This document shows, in pieces, positions 48,362 to 58,201 of a DNA stretch of 64,000 nt; within the stretch, counting starts at the first letter, position 1; each line of letters begins with the position of its first letter. The notes under the pieces were generated by a model, which worked only from the letters and a program-made list of their open reading frames with translations, did not search any database and was not told the origin of the DNA. The translations under genes were made by a program, and so were the position numbers. The DNA is from Candidatus Bathyarchaeota archaeon (GTDB lineage: Archaea > Thermoproteota > Bathyarchaeia > Bathyarchaeales > Bathycorpusculaceae), in the NCBI GenBank assembly GCA_963702095.1, contig OY969706.1:2720001-2784000 (forward strand). Direction: 5' to 3'.

Positions 48362-51300
48362 CTATTTGAAGTCGAAAAGGGTCGCCTGTTTGGGCTTCTT
48401 GTTATCAAACATCAAAATTAACTCTTCTTTGATGAGGTCCATGCGTTGAGTGTAGTAGTTGGGCAAACCATATTTGTCGACGAGTTGCTGTGCCGCCACC
48501 AGATACTTCTCTATGCCACCACGATAGACCGTTAAAGTAAGCTGCCCTCCGCAGAAGGGGCATTTGCCAACCAGCGGTAGTCGTCGGAATTTTTTGTTAC
48601 AGGACTTACATCTGAAACCCTGCGTTGAGAAAGCGCGCATGTTACCTGCGATGTCACGCATGAAATGGGTGTTTAGCACCTTTAAGGCTACGCGTCTGGC
48701 ATCTACGGCGTCTATTTTTTCGCCCAATCCCAATTGCATGTTGAGTTTGTCTATCATTGATTTGAATTCTTTGTAGCTGCTGTTGGCGTTGCCTAGGTTG
48801 ATGTTGGTGCATGGCGTGGTAAACTGGAAGCCTTCGAATTGCCCATCTGTGCCCAACCTGTGGCTGATGACATCCATGAATGCGCTGACGGCTCGGGCTT
48901 CGCCCTTTACTTGGGTCTGCTTGTAGAATTCGATGGGGTAGGTGATGCTGACGTCGAAGTCGTGGGCTTGCCTCTGCACCTCTTTTGTGTTGCAGAAGGG
49001 GATGAGCAGAATTGGAGCGTCCATGATGCCGCCGATTTGCGCAGGCAGAAAAATCCTTGAGAAGTTAAGCAGAGTATCTAACCCTAGCATGATGGCGTCT
49101 TCGTCGCCGTCGCAGTCCCGACGCTTAGCAGAGTGCCAAACAGGATGCGCATAGATTACGTTGCGGTCGGTGTAGCCGACGACTCTGCCCAGGATGCAGG
49201 CGCATGTGTGAGGTGCTAATCCAAAGATTAGGTGACCAACGAGGTCTTCGGCTTTTTTGACGTTGTAGTAAGGTGGCTGTTTGTAGAGGCGGACTAAAAG
49301 GTCGTCGATGAAAGAGGCGATTTTGATGAAATATTCGCCTGCCGTCCAGGGGATGACGACGTCTTGTATTTTTAGTTCACACACTTGGTTGGGGTCTGTT
49401 AGGGGCAAGCCGTGGGTGTCAGCTAAGTAGCCCATCTGATGCATCTTTTCAATTGAAACCCCGATTTCTGCAGGCGTGATATGGGTGAGGGGCGCGTTGG
49501 TGGCGTCAAAACGAATTGTGCCATCTTTGTAAACCGACAAGCCATGCTTCGCACGCAGAATCCCTTTCTCGACGATTTCAGGCGTCTTGTCGAGGTTTGT
49601 TAAGCCTTTGACGCCGCGTAGCATCTTAGGCGCTTGATAGCCAAGATTAGTGCTGGCGGATTCTACGAGTTCTTTAAAGTTGACGGGCTGGCGCTGGTAT
49701 TGAATGGCGTCGGCTTTGCATGTGCCGCAATAGTTTTCTTTGAGGGTTCTGCCGCATCGGGGACAGAACTTTTCTAGGATGGTTTCGCATCCGCAGGTGT
49801 CGCAGCGGATTTTTCTGGTGTAGGTTTTGCAGTTGGGGCATTTGCGTTTAACCATGTCGACGAAGACAGCGTTTTTCTTGGCTGCTTCCATCAGGTCGCG
49901 GTGGCTACCGCCGGCTAAGCTGACGGGAAAAAGAACATGGACGTTTGGTTTCATTTCTCGGTGTTTAGCTTTCTCGGGTCTGCCCATGCGTCCACCGACG
50001 TAGGTTGGGGCTTTGTCTTTGATTTGCACACCACAGAGCAGGCTCAGCAACACCAGAACCGAAGCCGCCTCCAAGGACTCAGAAAATCTGGATGTGCCGT
50101 AACCCAACGTAAAAGCTAACGCCGCGGCATCCTCGTCTGTCATCACGACTTTGCCGTCGATTACTCGGAAGGGCGCAAAAATCTTACGCAGAAACTTGAC
50201 TGCGCCATCATCGGTGGGTCCTGTGATTTTAGTGGCAAAGCCACCGTCACATTGGACCTCACAGCAGGCTAGCCATTTCCTTAAACATTCAACTTCTTCT
50301 ACAGTGGTTGACCCTGCCCAAAAGAGGGTGCAGTTTGGCGCCAACGGGAGACCTAAGGTTTGGCTCAGCATGGCTGCCTCTTTTGTGGTGGGCTTGTTTT
50401 CGAAGGGGTCGGCAATGAAGCCCTCGAGCCTCTCGGCGGATATTTTGGTGACTTGTGAAGCTTGCTGGGTGTTGGTGCCATATTTTTCTCTGATGACGTT
50501 TTGGAGGTCCTTAGACCACCACTCCTCCACGTACCCCGAGGGCGGCAGCGCCTTGTTGCTATAGAGGAAATCGCCGAAGTCGATTAGCATGTCGCCTAAG
50601 AAGAGGATTTTTTCGACCTTGCCCTTTACAGTAGATTCATAGTTCTCCAGCGACACCCGAACCACTGAACCATCTTTGAGTAAAACCACAGGTTTCTCGA
50701 TGCTGTCCACGGGCAATGTGACGCCACCTTTGCCTGGCAGTTCAAGGCGCATCTGGGTGCCTGCGGCTAGGAACTTCTCTACAACCAGCATGGTGGCGGG
50801 GTGGATGCCAACGGCTGAGAGCCCCGTGTTGCGTGATCTGCCATAACGGAGTCGGAAGCCGCCGCGGGTTGAGGGAAAAGCAAAGATGGGGCGACCCGCG
50901 ATGACGTCGTCCATGAAGCCGCCTGATTTTTTCTCAGACTTTTTCTTGAAGGTCTTTAGCCAATCCCACTCGTGAAAGCCTATCTTGTCCACGATGACGT
51001 AAACCTTCTGTGCACGGCCCACGATACCGTCGTTGACGACGCGGAGGGCTCCGCCGCGCACTCGGTTGGTTTCTACCCGCTGCAGGTTTCGGTAAGAGGA
51101 AACCTCTACTGGGTCTGATTCGGTGCCGGTGCATTCGACTGGAATCAAATTCAGTGCTTTGCGGAGTTCTTCGTCGGGAATGTGATATTGGAAGCGTCCA
51201 ACTGAGCGTTCATACAGCCTGAGTTCTTCTACAAAACGTGAAACCTCTTCCTCAGTCGGCTTGTAAACGTCTAAACCCAGTTCCCGACGCACATAGTCTC

Positions 51301-51799
51301 CCACGACCAATGTTAGGGCTTGGTCTGTGCCTCCTGCCGAGCGGATGGGGCCAGCAAAGTAGATTCCAAGGTAGCGGGTCTGGTCGGCGTTCTTTTTTAC
51401 TTTAACTTGGGCTATGCCCTGTATTGGCGCGGCGGTTAAGCCTTCAGTGAAAATCGCCAGCGCAGTTCGAATCGCCTGCTCAGCTAGCTTCTCTTCGGTG
51501 CTTTCTTCGGGGGTTTGGACGAATTTGCCCTGGGCGATTTCCTGTGCGACTTTGAAGGCGATTTCTTCACGGGGCATTTTGGCGCTAAGCTCTCGGATGC
51601 TCAGTGCGACGCCTTTTGGTCCAACCAAGCCCTCTACCAAGTCGGCGATGTCATGTGCAATAATGCATTCGGTTTTCAAGGCGGGGTCTAAACCCATGGA
51701 TCTGGCGTTGTCGCTTATGGCGTAGAGCCGTTTAAGCTCCTCCTCCATCGTTTCAACGTAGTTTCGGTATCCCTTGCTTATACCCATCTTAATGTTCAA
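48362..51799 (-). CDS. polC: DNA polymerase D large subunit DP2
   Basis: FAGPIRSAGGT, GFRLRYGRSRNTG, RMGRPEK, KRRDCDGDED, C-terminal PIP box KQATLFDF; no intein seen. Confidence 0.98.
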   Translation of the reverse strand: MNIKMGISKGYRNYVETMEEELKRLYAISDNARSMGLDPALKTECIIAHDIADLVEGLVGPKGVALSIRELSAKMPREEIAFKVAQEIAQGKFVQTPEESTEEKLAEQAIRTALAIFTEGLTAAPIQGIAQVKVKKNADQTRYLGIYFAGPIRSAGGTDQALTLVVGDYVRRELGLDVYKPTEEEVSRFVEELRLYERSVGRFQYHIPDEELRKALNLIPVECTGTESDPVEVSSYRNLQRVETNRVRGGALRVVNDGIVGRAQKVYVIVDKIGFHEWDWLKTFKKKSEKKSGGFMDDVIAGRPIFAFPSTRGGFRLRYGRSRNTGLSAVGIHPATMLVVEKFLAAGTQMRLELPGKGGVTLPVDSIEKPVVLLKDGSVVRVSLENYESTVKGKVEKILFLGDMLIDFGDFLYSNKALPPSGYVEEWWSKDLQNVIREKYGTNTQQASQVTKISAERLEGFIADPFENKPTTKEAAMLSQTLGLPLAPNCTLFWAGSTTVEEVECLRKWLACCEVQCDGGFATKITGPTDDGAVKFLRKIFAPFRVIDGKVVMTDEDAAALAFTLGYGTSRFSESLEAASVLVLLSLLCGVQIKDKAPTYVGGRMGRPEKAKHREMKPNVHVLFPVSLAGGSHRDLMEAAKKNAVFVDMVKRKCPNCKTYTRKIRCDTCGCETILEKFCPRCGRTLKENYCGTCKADAIQYQRQPVNFKELVESASTNLGYQAPKMLRGVKGLTNLDKTPEIVEKGILRAKHGLSVYKDGTIRFDATNAPLTHITPAEIGVSIEKMHQMGYLADTHGLPLTDPNQVCELKIQDVVIPWTAGEYFIKIASFIDDLLVRLYKQPPYYNVKKAEDLVGHLIFGLAPHTCACILGRVVGYTDRNVIYAHPVWHSAKRRDCDGDEDAIMLGLDTLLNFSRIFLPAQIGGIMDAPILLIPFCNTKEVQRQAHDFDVSITYPIEFYKQTQVKGEARAVSAFMDVISHRLGTDGQFEGFQFTTPCTNINLGNANSSYKEFKSMIDKLNMQLGLGEKIDAVDARRVALKVLNTHFMRDIAGNMRAFSTQGFRCKSCNKKFRRLPLVGKCPFCGGQLTLTVYRGGIEKYLVAAQQLVDKYGLPNYYTQRMDLIKEELILMFDNKKPKQATLFDFK

Positions 51800-51880
51800 A
51801 GCGCCAATTCACATGCAGAGTATACGTTAATGGGTATTTTGGGCTTTCTAAAAAACAGAGAAAAAGTGCATGAAAGAAAG

Positions 51881-52636
51881 CTATGCTCTTGGATGTTTGA
51901 TGGCTTGGATTATCTGTGATATGCGTTCGTTGGCTTCGCTGGTTTCTGTGAGGTTACCTGTGACGATTATGTCTGCGCCTGCGTTGGCTGCGGCTAGCGC
52001 GGCTTCTTTGGTTCGGATGCCTCCGCCGACGATGAGGGGAACATCGATTGTCCTTCGCACTTCACGGATTAACTCGGGAGGCACCGGAGTTACTACACCT
52101 GAGCCGCCTTCAAGGTAGATGAAGCGCATGCCCAAGTATTGACCTGCCAGTGCGTGGTCGGCTGCAAGCGTGGGTTTGCTGTAGGGCACGGGGAGGGCTT
52201 TGCCGACTCTGCCTGCGGTGCCGCCGTCGCCTACGATTACGTAGCCCATGGGGATTGGTTCAACATGGAATTTTTTGATGTAGGGTGCGCCTAGGATTTG
52301 GGCGCCCATCAAAAAGTAGGGGTCGGTTGAGTTGAGCATGGACATAAACCAGATGGCGTCGGCGTAGCGGCTTATGCCGCTGACGTTGCCCGGAAAAAGA
52401 ATAGTCGGCGTGTCAACCGCGTCTTTTATGGCTTTAACAACATCGTCGAGTTGCTTTTGTGACGCAACAGTTGAGCCCCCGATCATGATGGCGGCTGTTC
52501 CGCTGTTCTTGGAGCTCTTAGCAACTCTCGCGGCGGCTTTGGGCGTTACCTTTTCTGGGTCGATGAGGGTCATGTGGATTGTGCCGTCAGCTTTTATTTT
52601 GTCTAGCAAGTACCGTTCAATGGACCCAACCATCAA
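51881..52636 (-). CDS. Geranylgeranylglyceryl phosphate synthase
   Basis: HMTLIDPEK, IMIGGS, YLEGGSG, VGGGIR, IVTG. Confidence 0.93.
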   Translation of the reverse strand: MMVGSIERYLLDKIKADGTIHMTLIDPEKVTPKAAARVAKSSKNSGTAAIMIGGSTVASQKQLDDVVKAIKDAVDTPTILFPGNVSGISRYADAIWFMSMLNSTDPYFLMGAQILGAPYIKKFHVEPIPMGYVIVGDGGTAGRVGKALPVPYSKPTLAADHALAGQYLGMRFIYLEGGSGVVTPVPPELIREVRRTIDVPLIVGGGIRTKEAALAAANAGADIIVTGNLTETSEANERISQIIQAIKHPRA

Positions 52637-52649
52637 GCAATCCTTCGGG

Positions 52650-52919
52650 TTACTCTTCTTTTGCCTTAGTTATTGGTGTACGCTTTATGTTAGCGTAAAC
52701 CCTATCGGTTAACATGCAGTAAACGTCAACTTCGCCCTGAGCAGACTTGACGGTGAATTCTTCTTTGAGCCCACAGCTGCTGCATTGAGCAACTGCTCTG
52801 CCGCCTTCTTCGCGGTAGATTTCTACTCGGACGGTTTCTTTTCCGCATCTAGGGCAAGAGAAGAACTTGGGTAGTCTTTTCTTTGGAATGTGAACAACTT
52901 TTTTCCTTCTTCGCCCCAT
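52650..52919 (-). CDS. elf1: Transcription elongation factor Elf1
   Basis: MGRRRKK..LPK.F.CP.C...C..C..VDVY. Confidence 0.9.
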   Translation of the reverse strand: MGRRRKKVVHIPKKRLPKFFSCPRCGKETVRVEIYREEGGRAVAQCSSCGLKEEFTVKSAQGEVDVYCMLTDRVYANIKRTPITKAKEE

Positions 52920-53019
52920 ACAAAGTTCCTTCTACATGATTTGGTAGTGTTCATTAATATTTATCCTTGTCCTTAAATACTTGCCTACTAACCATTGCTA
53001 TGAAGCTGCGTGATAAGCC

Positions 53020-53862
53020 TTGAAGTTAACGCCTTCTGCACTGGAAATAGATTTCTCAGAAGCCCAAACCCGCATAGTCCGATTCATAAAAGAATATCTC
53101 GCCAACGCAGGCGCCAAAGGCGTCGTTTTGGGCTTATCTGGTGGAGTAGACAGCGCAACCGTAGCGGCGCTTTGTAGCCAAGCCGTAGGAGGAGAAAACG
53201 TCCTCGCCCTCTTGCTGCCCGAGAAAGAGACGTTCAAACAAAAGGACATCGACGACGCCAACGCCGTAGCAGAGCTGTTCCATCTCCAAACACAGTTCTG
53301 TGACATGACAGAGGTCCTCGACGCCTTCTACTTGGGCATACCAATCTTCAAAGCAGCCGACCGCATCTGCAAAGGAAACATCAAAGCCAGAACCCGAATG
53401 ATCTATCTCTACTACTACGCAAACAACCAAAACCGAATCGTCGCCGGCACCTCAGACAAATCCGAAACCATGATGGGTTACTTCACCAAGTGGGGCGACG
53501 CAGCAGCCGACATCTCACCCATAATCGACCTCTACAAAACCCAAGTGCGCAAACTAGCCATGCACCTTGGAATCCCCCAAGAACTCGCCATGAAACCCTC
53601 CACACCTGCCCTGTGGCCAAACCAGCTAGCTGAGTCTGAGTTGGAGATCAAATATGAAACCCTCGACCTGATTCTCTATGGGTTGGAACGGTTTATGAGG
53701 CCAGTGGAAATCAGCGAGCAGTTAGGCATCGAAGCCGCCGTCGTGGAGAGGGTGCAGAACCGCTGGTTAGCAACTGAGCATAAGCGGAGGCTGCCTCTTG
53801 CGCCTAAACTTGGCTTTAGAACTGCAACAACCGATTTTAGGCTCCCAAGACACACTTACTGA
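53020..53862 (+). CDS. nadE: NAD+ synthetase (synthetase domain only)
   Basis: GLSGGVDS, NIKARTRM, GYFTKWGD, LYKTQV. Confidence 0.95.
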   Translation: MKLTPSALEIDFSEAQTRIVRFIKEYLANAGAKGVVLGLSGGVDSATVAALCSQAVGGENVLALLLPEKETFKQKDIDDANAVAELFHLQTQFCDMTEVLDAFYLGIPIFKAADRICKGNIKARTRMIYLYYYANNQNRIVAGTSDKSETMMGYFTKWGDAAADISPIIDLYKTQVRKLAMHLGIPQELAMKPSTPALWPNQLAESELEIKYETLDLILYGLERFMRPVEISEQLGIEAAVVERVQNRWLATEHKRRLPLAPKLGFRTATTDFRLPRHTY

Positions 53863-53873
53863 AAGGGATCACA

Positions 53874-54707
53874 GTGAAGGATAAGGTTAAGCTTGCACTT
53901 TGCCAAATAAGCAGCAGACGAGAAAACAAGGAGGCTAACCTCCAAAAAATCGAGGAGTTAACCGCCAAAGCTAAAGGGGAGGGAGCGGAATTGGCGATTT
54001 TCCCAGAGATGTCACTGACAGGCTATGTTCTCCATGACCAAGTGTACGGTTGTGCCGAGACCGTGCCTGGACCATCAACCCAGAAAGTGGTTGAGATTGC
54101 CCAGAAAAACGGTATGCACATCATTTTTGGGATGCCTGAGCTTAGCGAAAAAACCCAAGCCACCATCTACAACACCGCCGTCATGGTGGGTCCCAAAGGC
54201 TACATCGGTAAATACCGCAAAATGTACCTTCCCACGCACAGCGTGTTTGAGGAGAAGCGTTATTTCCGTCCTGGATACGAGCCAGGGGCGTTCCAAACCG
54301 ACATCGGTAACATCGGGTTAACTATCTGCTATGATGTTTTCTTTCCAGAAGTGTTTAGGCTTTGCCGATTGAAGGGTGCGCAACTCATGGTTTGTATTTC
54401 TGCTTCCCCAGCGGTGCGTCGAAGCTACTTTGAGTTGCTAACTGCCGCGCGTGCATTGGAGAACACGGCATATTTAGCCTACGTTAACCTCGCAGGCGTG
54501 CAGGATGGCTTGCAATTTTGGGGCGGAAGCCGCCTCGTCAGCCCCACAGGCGACGTTTTAGCTAAAGCAAAGTATGATTTGGAGGATTTTGTGGTCGCCG
54601 AGGTCGATTTGGCTGATTTGCGTACCGCCGAAACCTTTGTTCCGACGATAAGGGATCTTCGCCCAGAGCTTTATGATAAGCTTAAGCGGTATTCCGAGCA
54701 AATTTAA
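53874..54707 (+). CDS. Carbon-nitrogen hydrolase (nitrilase superfamily)
   Basis: FPEMSLTGY, YRK..LP, ICYD.FFPE: E-K-C triad. Confidence 0.92.
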   Translation: MKDKVKLALCQISSRRENKEANLQKIEELTAKAKGEGAELAIFPEMSLTGYVLHDQVYGCAETVPGPSTQKVVEIAQKNGMHIIFGMPELSEKTQATIYNTAVMVGPKGYIGKYRKMYLPTHSVFEEKRYFRPGYEPGAFQTDIGNIGLTICYDVFFPEVFRLCRLKGAQLMVCISASPAVRRSYFELLTAARALENTAYLAYVNLAGVQDGLQFWGGSRLVSPTGDVLAKAKYDLEDFVVAEVDLADLRTAETFVPTIRDLRPELYDKLKRYSEQI

Positions 54708-54711
54708 GCAG

Positions 54712-54836
54712 GTCACATATAAGCGAAATGCTCGGGAGAACACATCACAGATGCATCACAAAGCTGTGATATCAAGTGATTTCGGGCTAAATCACAGCTT
54801 TTTGGTGATGTCACGGTGATTTTTTGGTTAAATCAC
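54712..54836. promoter_or_regulatory. Array of ATCAC/GTGAT motifs (8) plus 2 GTCAC
   Basis: Starts at 54744, 54755, 54766, 54776, 54791, 54805, 54816, 54832; GTCAC at 54712 and 54810. Confidence 0.8.
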
Positions 54837-55186
54837 GTTGAGATTAGCAGGAGGATAATGTATTTTGGTGTTAGATTTGGGCTGAAAAAGTGTGTGTTAT
54901 TTCGCTGGGAATGTAAAAAAATGGGCGGGAGAGGGTTTGAGGTGTTTGCAGAAGTGCGTTTTTTGTGTAAAGTTGAGGCATGTGGATGGTTGAAATTACC
55001 GAGGAATTTAGCCTTTTTCATGTTAAATGGTCTAAAACTATCCTTAAATCGTCGGGCAAGGTATTAATCGGCATATTTTTGTGAATTAGGGCAAATTTAG
55101 CCGTTTTTTTTATCGATATAGCGGGTTTTGTGGGGGTGAAAGGATAAAAACAGGGGTTAGTATACAAAACTGTATCCATTTGGACT

Positions 55187-55684
55187 ATGGAGGAAAACAG
55201 TGGTTTGAAGCTAAAAGACGGGGTAACAGCATGGTTAAATGGGGCACTAAATGACCCCATCGTACAAATACTGGCTAAAAACAGCCAATTAACAAAAACA
55301 CAGCTAGAAACGCTACTCATTGACGTTTTATCTGAAAATATATCGGGGAAACAGCTAAAATACGACGATAAAGCCGCATTAAGGCTAACAAAGGCTAAAA
55401 TAAGTCGCGGTAGCTTTAATAGGACTTTAAAACAGTCCCGCGAAAACGTCATTAAGTCCATCTACACAGTGCTACTTTTAGGGTATTTGGGAGTTTTTGA
55501 GACAACAACTCTCGACCCGTACCTCGAAATAGCCAATAAACTGCACGAGTACGTCGATGCACACCAGGACGTTCCTATCAAGGAAGAGGAACTAAAAGAC
55601 CATCGAAAAGTCATAGAAATCATCAGAAATGAGCTTGAAACGAGCCTAAAACGGCTTTCTAGCCCATCAGAAGCCCCCCTGTGA
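55187..55684 (+). CDS. Hypothetical HTH DNA-binding protein
   Basis: LTKTQLETL...ISRGSFNRTLKQSR resembles a sigma-r4/Tfx-like HTH; its stop TGA lies inside a GTGAT motif. Confidence 0.7.
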   Translation: MEENSGLKLKDGVTAWLNGALNDPIVQILAKNSQLTKTQLETLLIDVLSENISGKQLKYDDKAALRLTKAKISRGSFNRTLKQSRENVIKSIYTVLLLGYLGVFETTTLDPYLEIANKLHEYVDAHQDVPIKEEELKDHRKVIEIIRNELETSLKRLSSPSEAPL

Positions 55685-55989
55685 TGTCACAAATCACAGG
55701 TTTATCCATCTTTTTATGTATAAATTGAAGGAAAAAATAACCGTTCCTACAGGGCTATATTCAAGGGCTAATTTCCTAAACAGGCTCAAATTTCAATCTT
55801 TTCAACCTATGGATAGGCCATTAAGAGAGCCAACTATAAAGTTGTGATCTGTGATGTCATTCTTGCATGTGATCAGGTCACCGATAACCTTAAATTTCCA
55901 TGGGAATTAGTGTGATGTGTGATGCAACCGTTAAAATCACGGGGAATCACGGTTGAGTCACACATAAATCACGGGGGAAGAAATCACGG
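55681..55989. promoter_or_regulatory. Array of ATCAC/GTGAT motifs (11) plus 3 GTCAC, including 4 x AATCACGG
   Basis: GTGAT 55681, 55844, 55851, 55869, 55912, 55919; ATCAC 55693, 55936, 55946, 55968, 55983; GTCAC 55686, 55877, 55957. Confidence 0.85.
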
Positions 55990-56009
55990 TTGACCTCACA
56001 CCATTAATA

Positions 56010-56777
56010 TTGGCTGTTTTAGTAGCTGTTACAGCGGTAGCTGCCTATGAATACTACAAGCATATTCGAATGGCACACAAAGAATACGAGAAAGCCAAAG
56101 ATTTTCTAGAAGATATCGTGTTGAGTTTTGATCGAGAACTTAAACGTGAATCAAACAAGTTTGACACTATGGTATCAAAGGTAGAGGGAAGCCACAACAC
56201 AGCTGATGTCAGCTACAGAAAAGCTGAGCGATTAGAACTCAAAATCGAGCCAATGGAGGAGCAGCTTGGCGCCCTCACTCAATCATACCAGGCGATGTCA
56301 CAGACAGTCACAGAGGAACTAACAGAAAACACGCAAAACAACACAAGAGTCCTCTCAGGGCTCCAAGGCTTAGAAGCAAAACTCAAAGACATCGACGTGG
56401 CGCAGGAAACTCTCAAGAACAAAATCTCAGGCCTTGAAGAGCAAATCCAGAAGATAGCCACTGCCCCGCCGCCTCAACCAGAATTCAGAACAGAAGTTGT
56501 GTTGCCGCCTATACCCATCAAACGGGACAAAGCCCTAGCCGCCCTCACAGAAACCGAAATCCAAGTGCTTGAAATGCTCTCAAAAGAGGGCTCTAAGACT
56601 GCACCTGAAATAAAAGAGAGAGTACACCTAAGCCGGGAGCACACTGCACGGTTGATGAAGAAGCTCTATGAAAATGGGTATCTCGAGAGGGAGGCAGGCA
56701 AAATTCCCTTCCGCTACAGCATAAAGAAGGAAATGGAAGCACTGCTACAGAAAGTAGAGAATCCACCAGCAACATAG
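56010..56777 (+). CDS. Membrane-anchored coiled-coil protein with C-terminal winged helix (MarR-like)
   Basis: Hydrophobic N-terminus, long heptad region, Pro linker, LTETEIQVLEML..EG..TAPEI.....LSREHTARLMKKLYENGYLER. Confidence 0.8.
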   Translation: MAVLVAVTAVAAYEYYKHIRMAHKEYEKAKDFLEDIVLSFDRELKRESNKFDTMVSKVEGSHNTADVSYRKAERLELKIEPMEEQLGALTQSYQAMSQTVTEELTENTQNNTRVLSGLQGLEAKLKDIDVAQETLKNKISGLEEQIQKIATAPPPQPEFRTEVVLPPIPIKRDKALAALTETEIQVLEMLSKEGSKTAPEIKERVHLSREHTARLMKKLYENGYLEREAGKIPFRYSIKKEMEALLQKVENPPAT

Positions 56778-56821
56778 CGTGAACTAGGTAGGCGTGGTTT
56801 CCCACGTTAAAGGTACCCCTT

Positions 56822-56976
56822 CTACTTGTAAAATCAGCCTCAACCAGCCTACAGCCCGTTTCCGTTACAGAACACAAAACACAGCCGCCCACCAAGCCCA
56901 TAGGAAGAAGATGAGTAAGGGCAACACTCTCTTCTTCTAACACTAGAAAAACAAAAAAGCCCAAATTTTGATCTAC
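56822..56976 (+). repeat. Dispersed element, GAA-type palindrome copy
   Basis: 56869-56951 is an exact inverted match to 62319-62401. Confidence 0.92.
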
Positions 56977-57005
56977 ACGGGGGAGGGAGGCAGTAAAAGA
57001 AAAGC

Positions 57006-57977
57006 TTAGACAACCAAGTCCGCCATGTCGACGCTGCGCTCATAGATCTGCCTAAGAAAAGACACTGCCGCCAAGAATTCAGGCATCAAATCCACCGAGG
57101 ACTCCTTAGCTGCCGACTCAATCTTTGTAGAGGTATCAAGAATTTTTGTCCTTAGATTCCGCACGTTTTCTGCTAGCGAGATGTCTTTGGATAGGAATGA
57201 TTTGAAGGCTTGATCGTTGGCTTCACAGCAGGCAGATTGCAACTCGGTTAGGAGCTTGCGGATTTCCTCGGAGAGTTTAGCATCGTTTAGTTCCAGCGTG
57301 TTCTGAGCCAGTTGCACACATGCGTCGCCTATGCCTTCGATCAGACTTGCGGCTAAACGGTAGTCAAGGCATTCGATAGGTGTTATGGACAGTTTTTCGC
57401 TTAGCCTTGGATTCTGGATGATGGTTCGAAGTATCCTGACAAGTAAAAAGTAGAATTTGTTGTTTTCAACGTCGCGTTCGATTACGTTTTTAGCTAAGTC
57501 GGTGTCGACGGTGATGAATGAGTTGGCGGCGTCGCGTATCATGCGGGCTGCGCTTGCGTTGTTGCGCTGCAAGATTTTACTTGGGGAAGTAAAGGGCTGC
57601 TGCATCATGCATTGCAGAGACATCATGGAGGTGGTTTCTTCAACAATCATCAAGCCGGCCAATGAGTTAGCTGTGGATTTAACTAGGTTGCGAACGTTGG
57701 AGTCGATGCGGTCTTTGGCTTCTACCCTTATGATGTCGTATCCGAGCAGGTAGCGACCGATGATTTCGCGGCTCAAGTAGGGACCGATGCTTAGAACGGC
57801 GACTTTAGGCTGTACTTCATTGTCGAATTGGGGGTCGATAAAGAGTTTTCCGTCGCTTGTAACTTCTAAATTAACCTGGGTGCCTTTCTGGAGCCCATGC
57901 CCTTTAGCCCAGTCACGTGGCAAGCATACAAAGAAGGTGCCTGTTGGCGTCTGCTGGATTTTTCGTAGTTCACTCAT
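57006..57977 (-). CDS. PhoU-family phosphate uptake regulator with N-terminal AbrB domain
   Basis: RKIQ.T..G...V.LP..WA, YL.GYD.I, E.IGD, D..LA..V. Confidence 0.88.
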   Translation of the reverse strand: MSELRKIQQTPTGTFFVCLPRDWAKGHGLQKGTQVNLEVTSDGKLFIDPQFDNEVQPKVAVLSIGPYLSREIIGRYLLGYDIIRVEAKDRIDSNVRNLVKSTANSLAGLMIVEETTSMMSLQCMMQQPFTSPSKILQRNNASAARMIRDAANSFITVDTDLAKNVIERDVENNKFYFLLVRILRTIIQNPRLSEKLSITPIECLDYRLAASLIEGIGDACVQLAQNTLELNDAKLSEEIRKLLTELQSACCEANDQAFKSFLSKDISLAENVRNLRTKILDTSTKIESAAKESSVDLMPEFLAAVSFLRQIYERSVDMADLVV

Positions 57978-58201
57978 TGAATTGCCACCGAGATATGATT
58001 CATCTAAACATTTCAGGGCTTATATAAATTACTTCCAAACGGTTTTGTTTTAATGGCAGATAATACAATCAAGCCGCAACCGTAAAGAAAAAACATCACC
58101 GCACTTGCAAGCGCAAATGAAAAACAGTAAATAACTCAAAAGCAATAATGGCTAAACATCAAGCCAGCACCAACCATGGATAAAAGAGGGGTGGAAACGC
58201 G

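Noticed and set aside
54816-55067. ORFs 54816-55067 and 54833-55021
   Set aside because: Low-complexity G/T-skewed intergenic DNA with no protein-like features.
54712-55989. CRISPR array or tandem repeat interpretation of the ATCAC clusters
   Set aside because: Units are 5-8 bp, irregularly spaced and in mixed orientation; no 25-40 bp repeat-spacer pattern and no cas genes.
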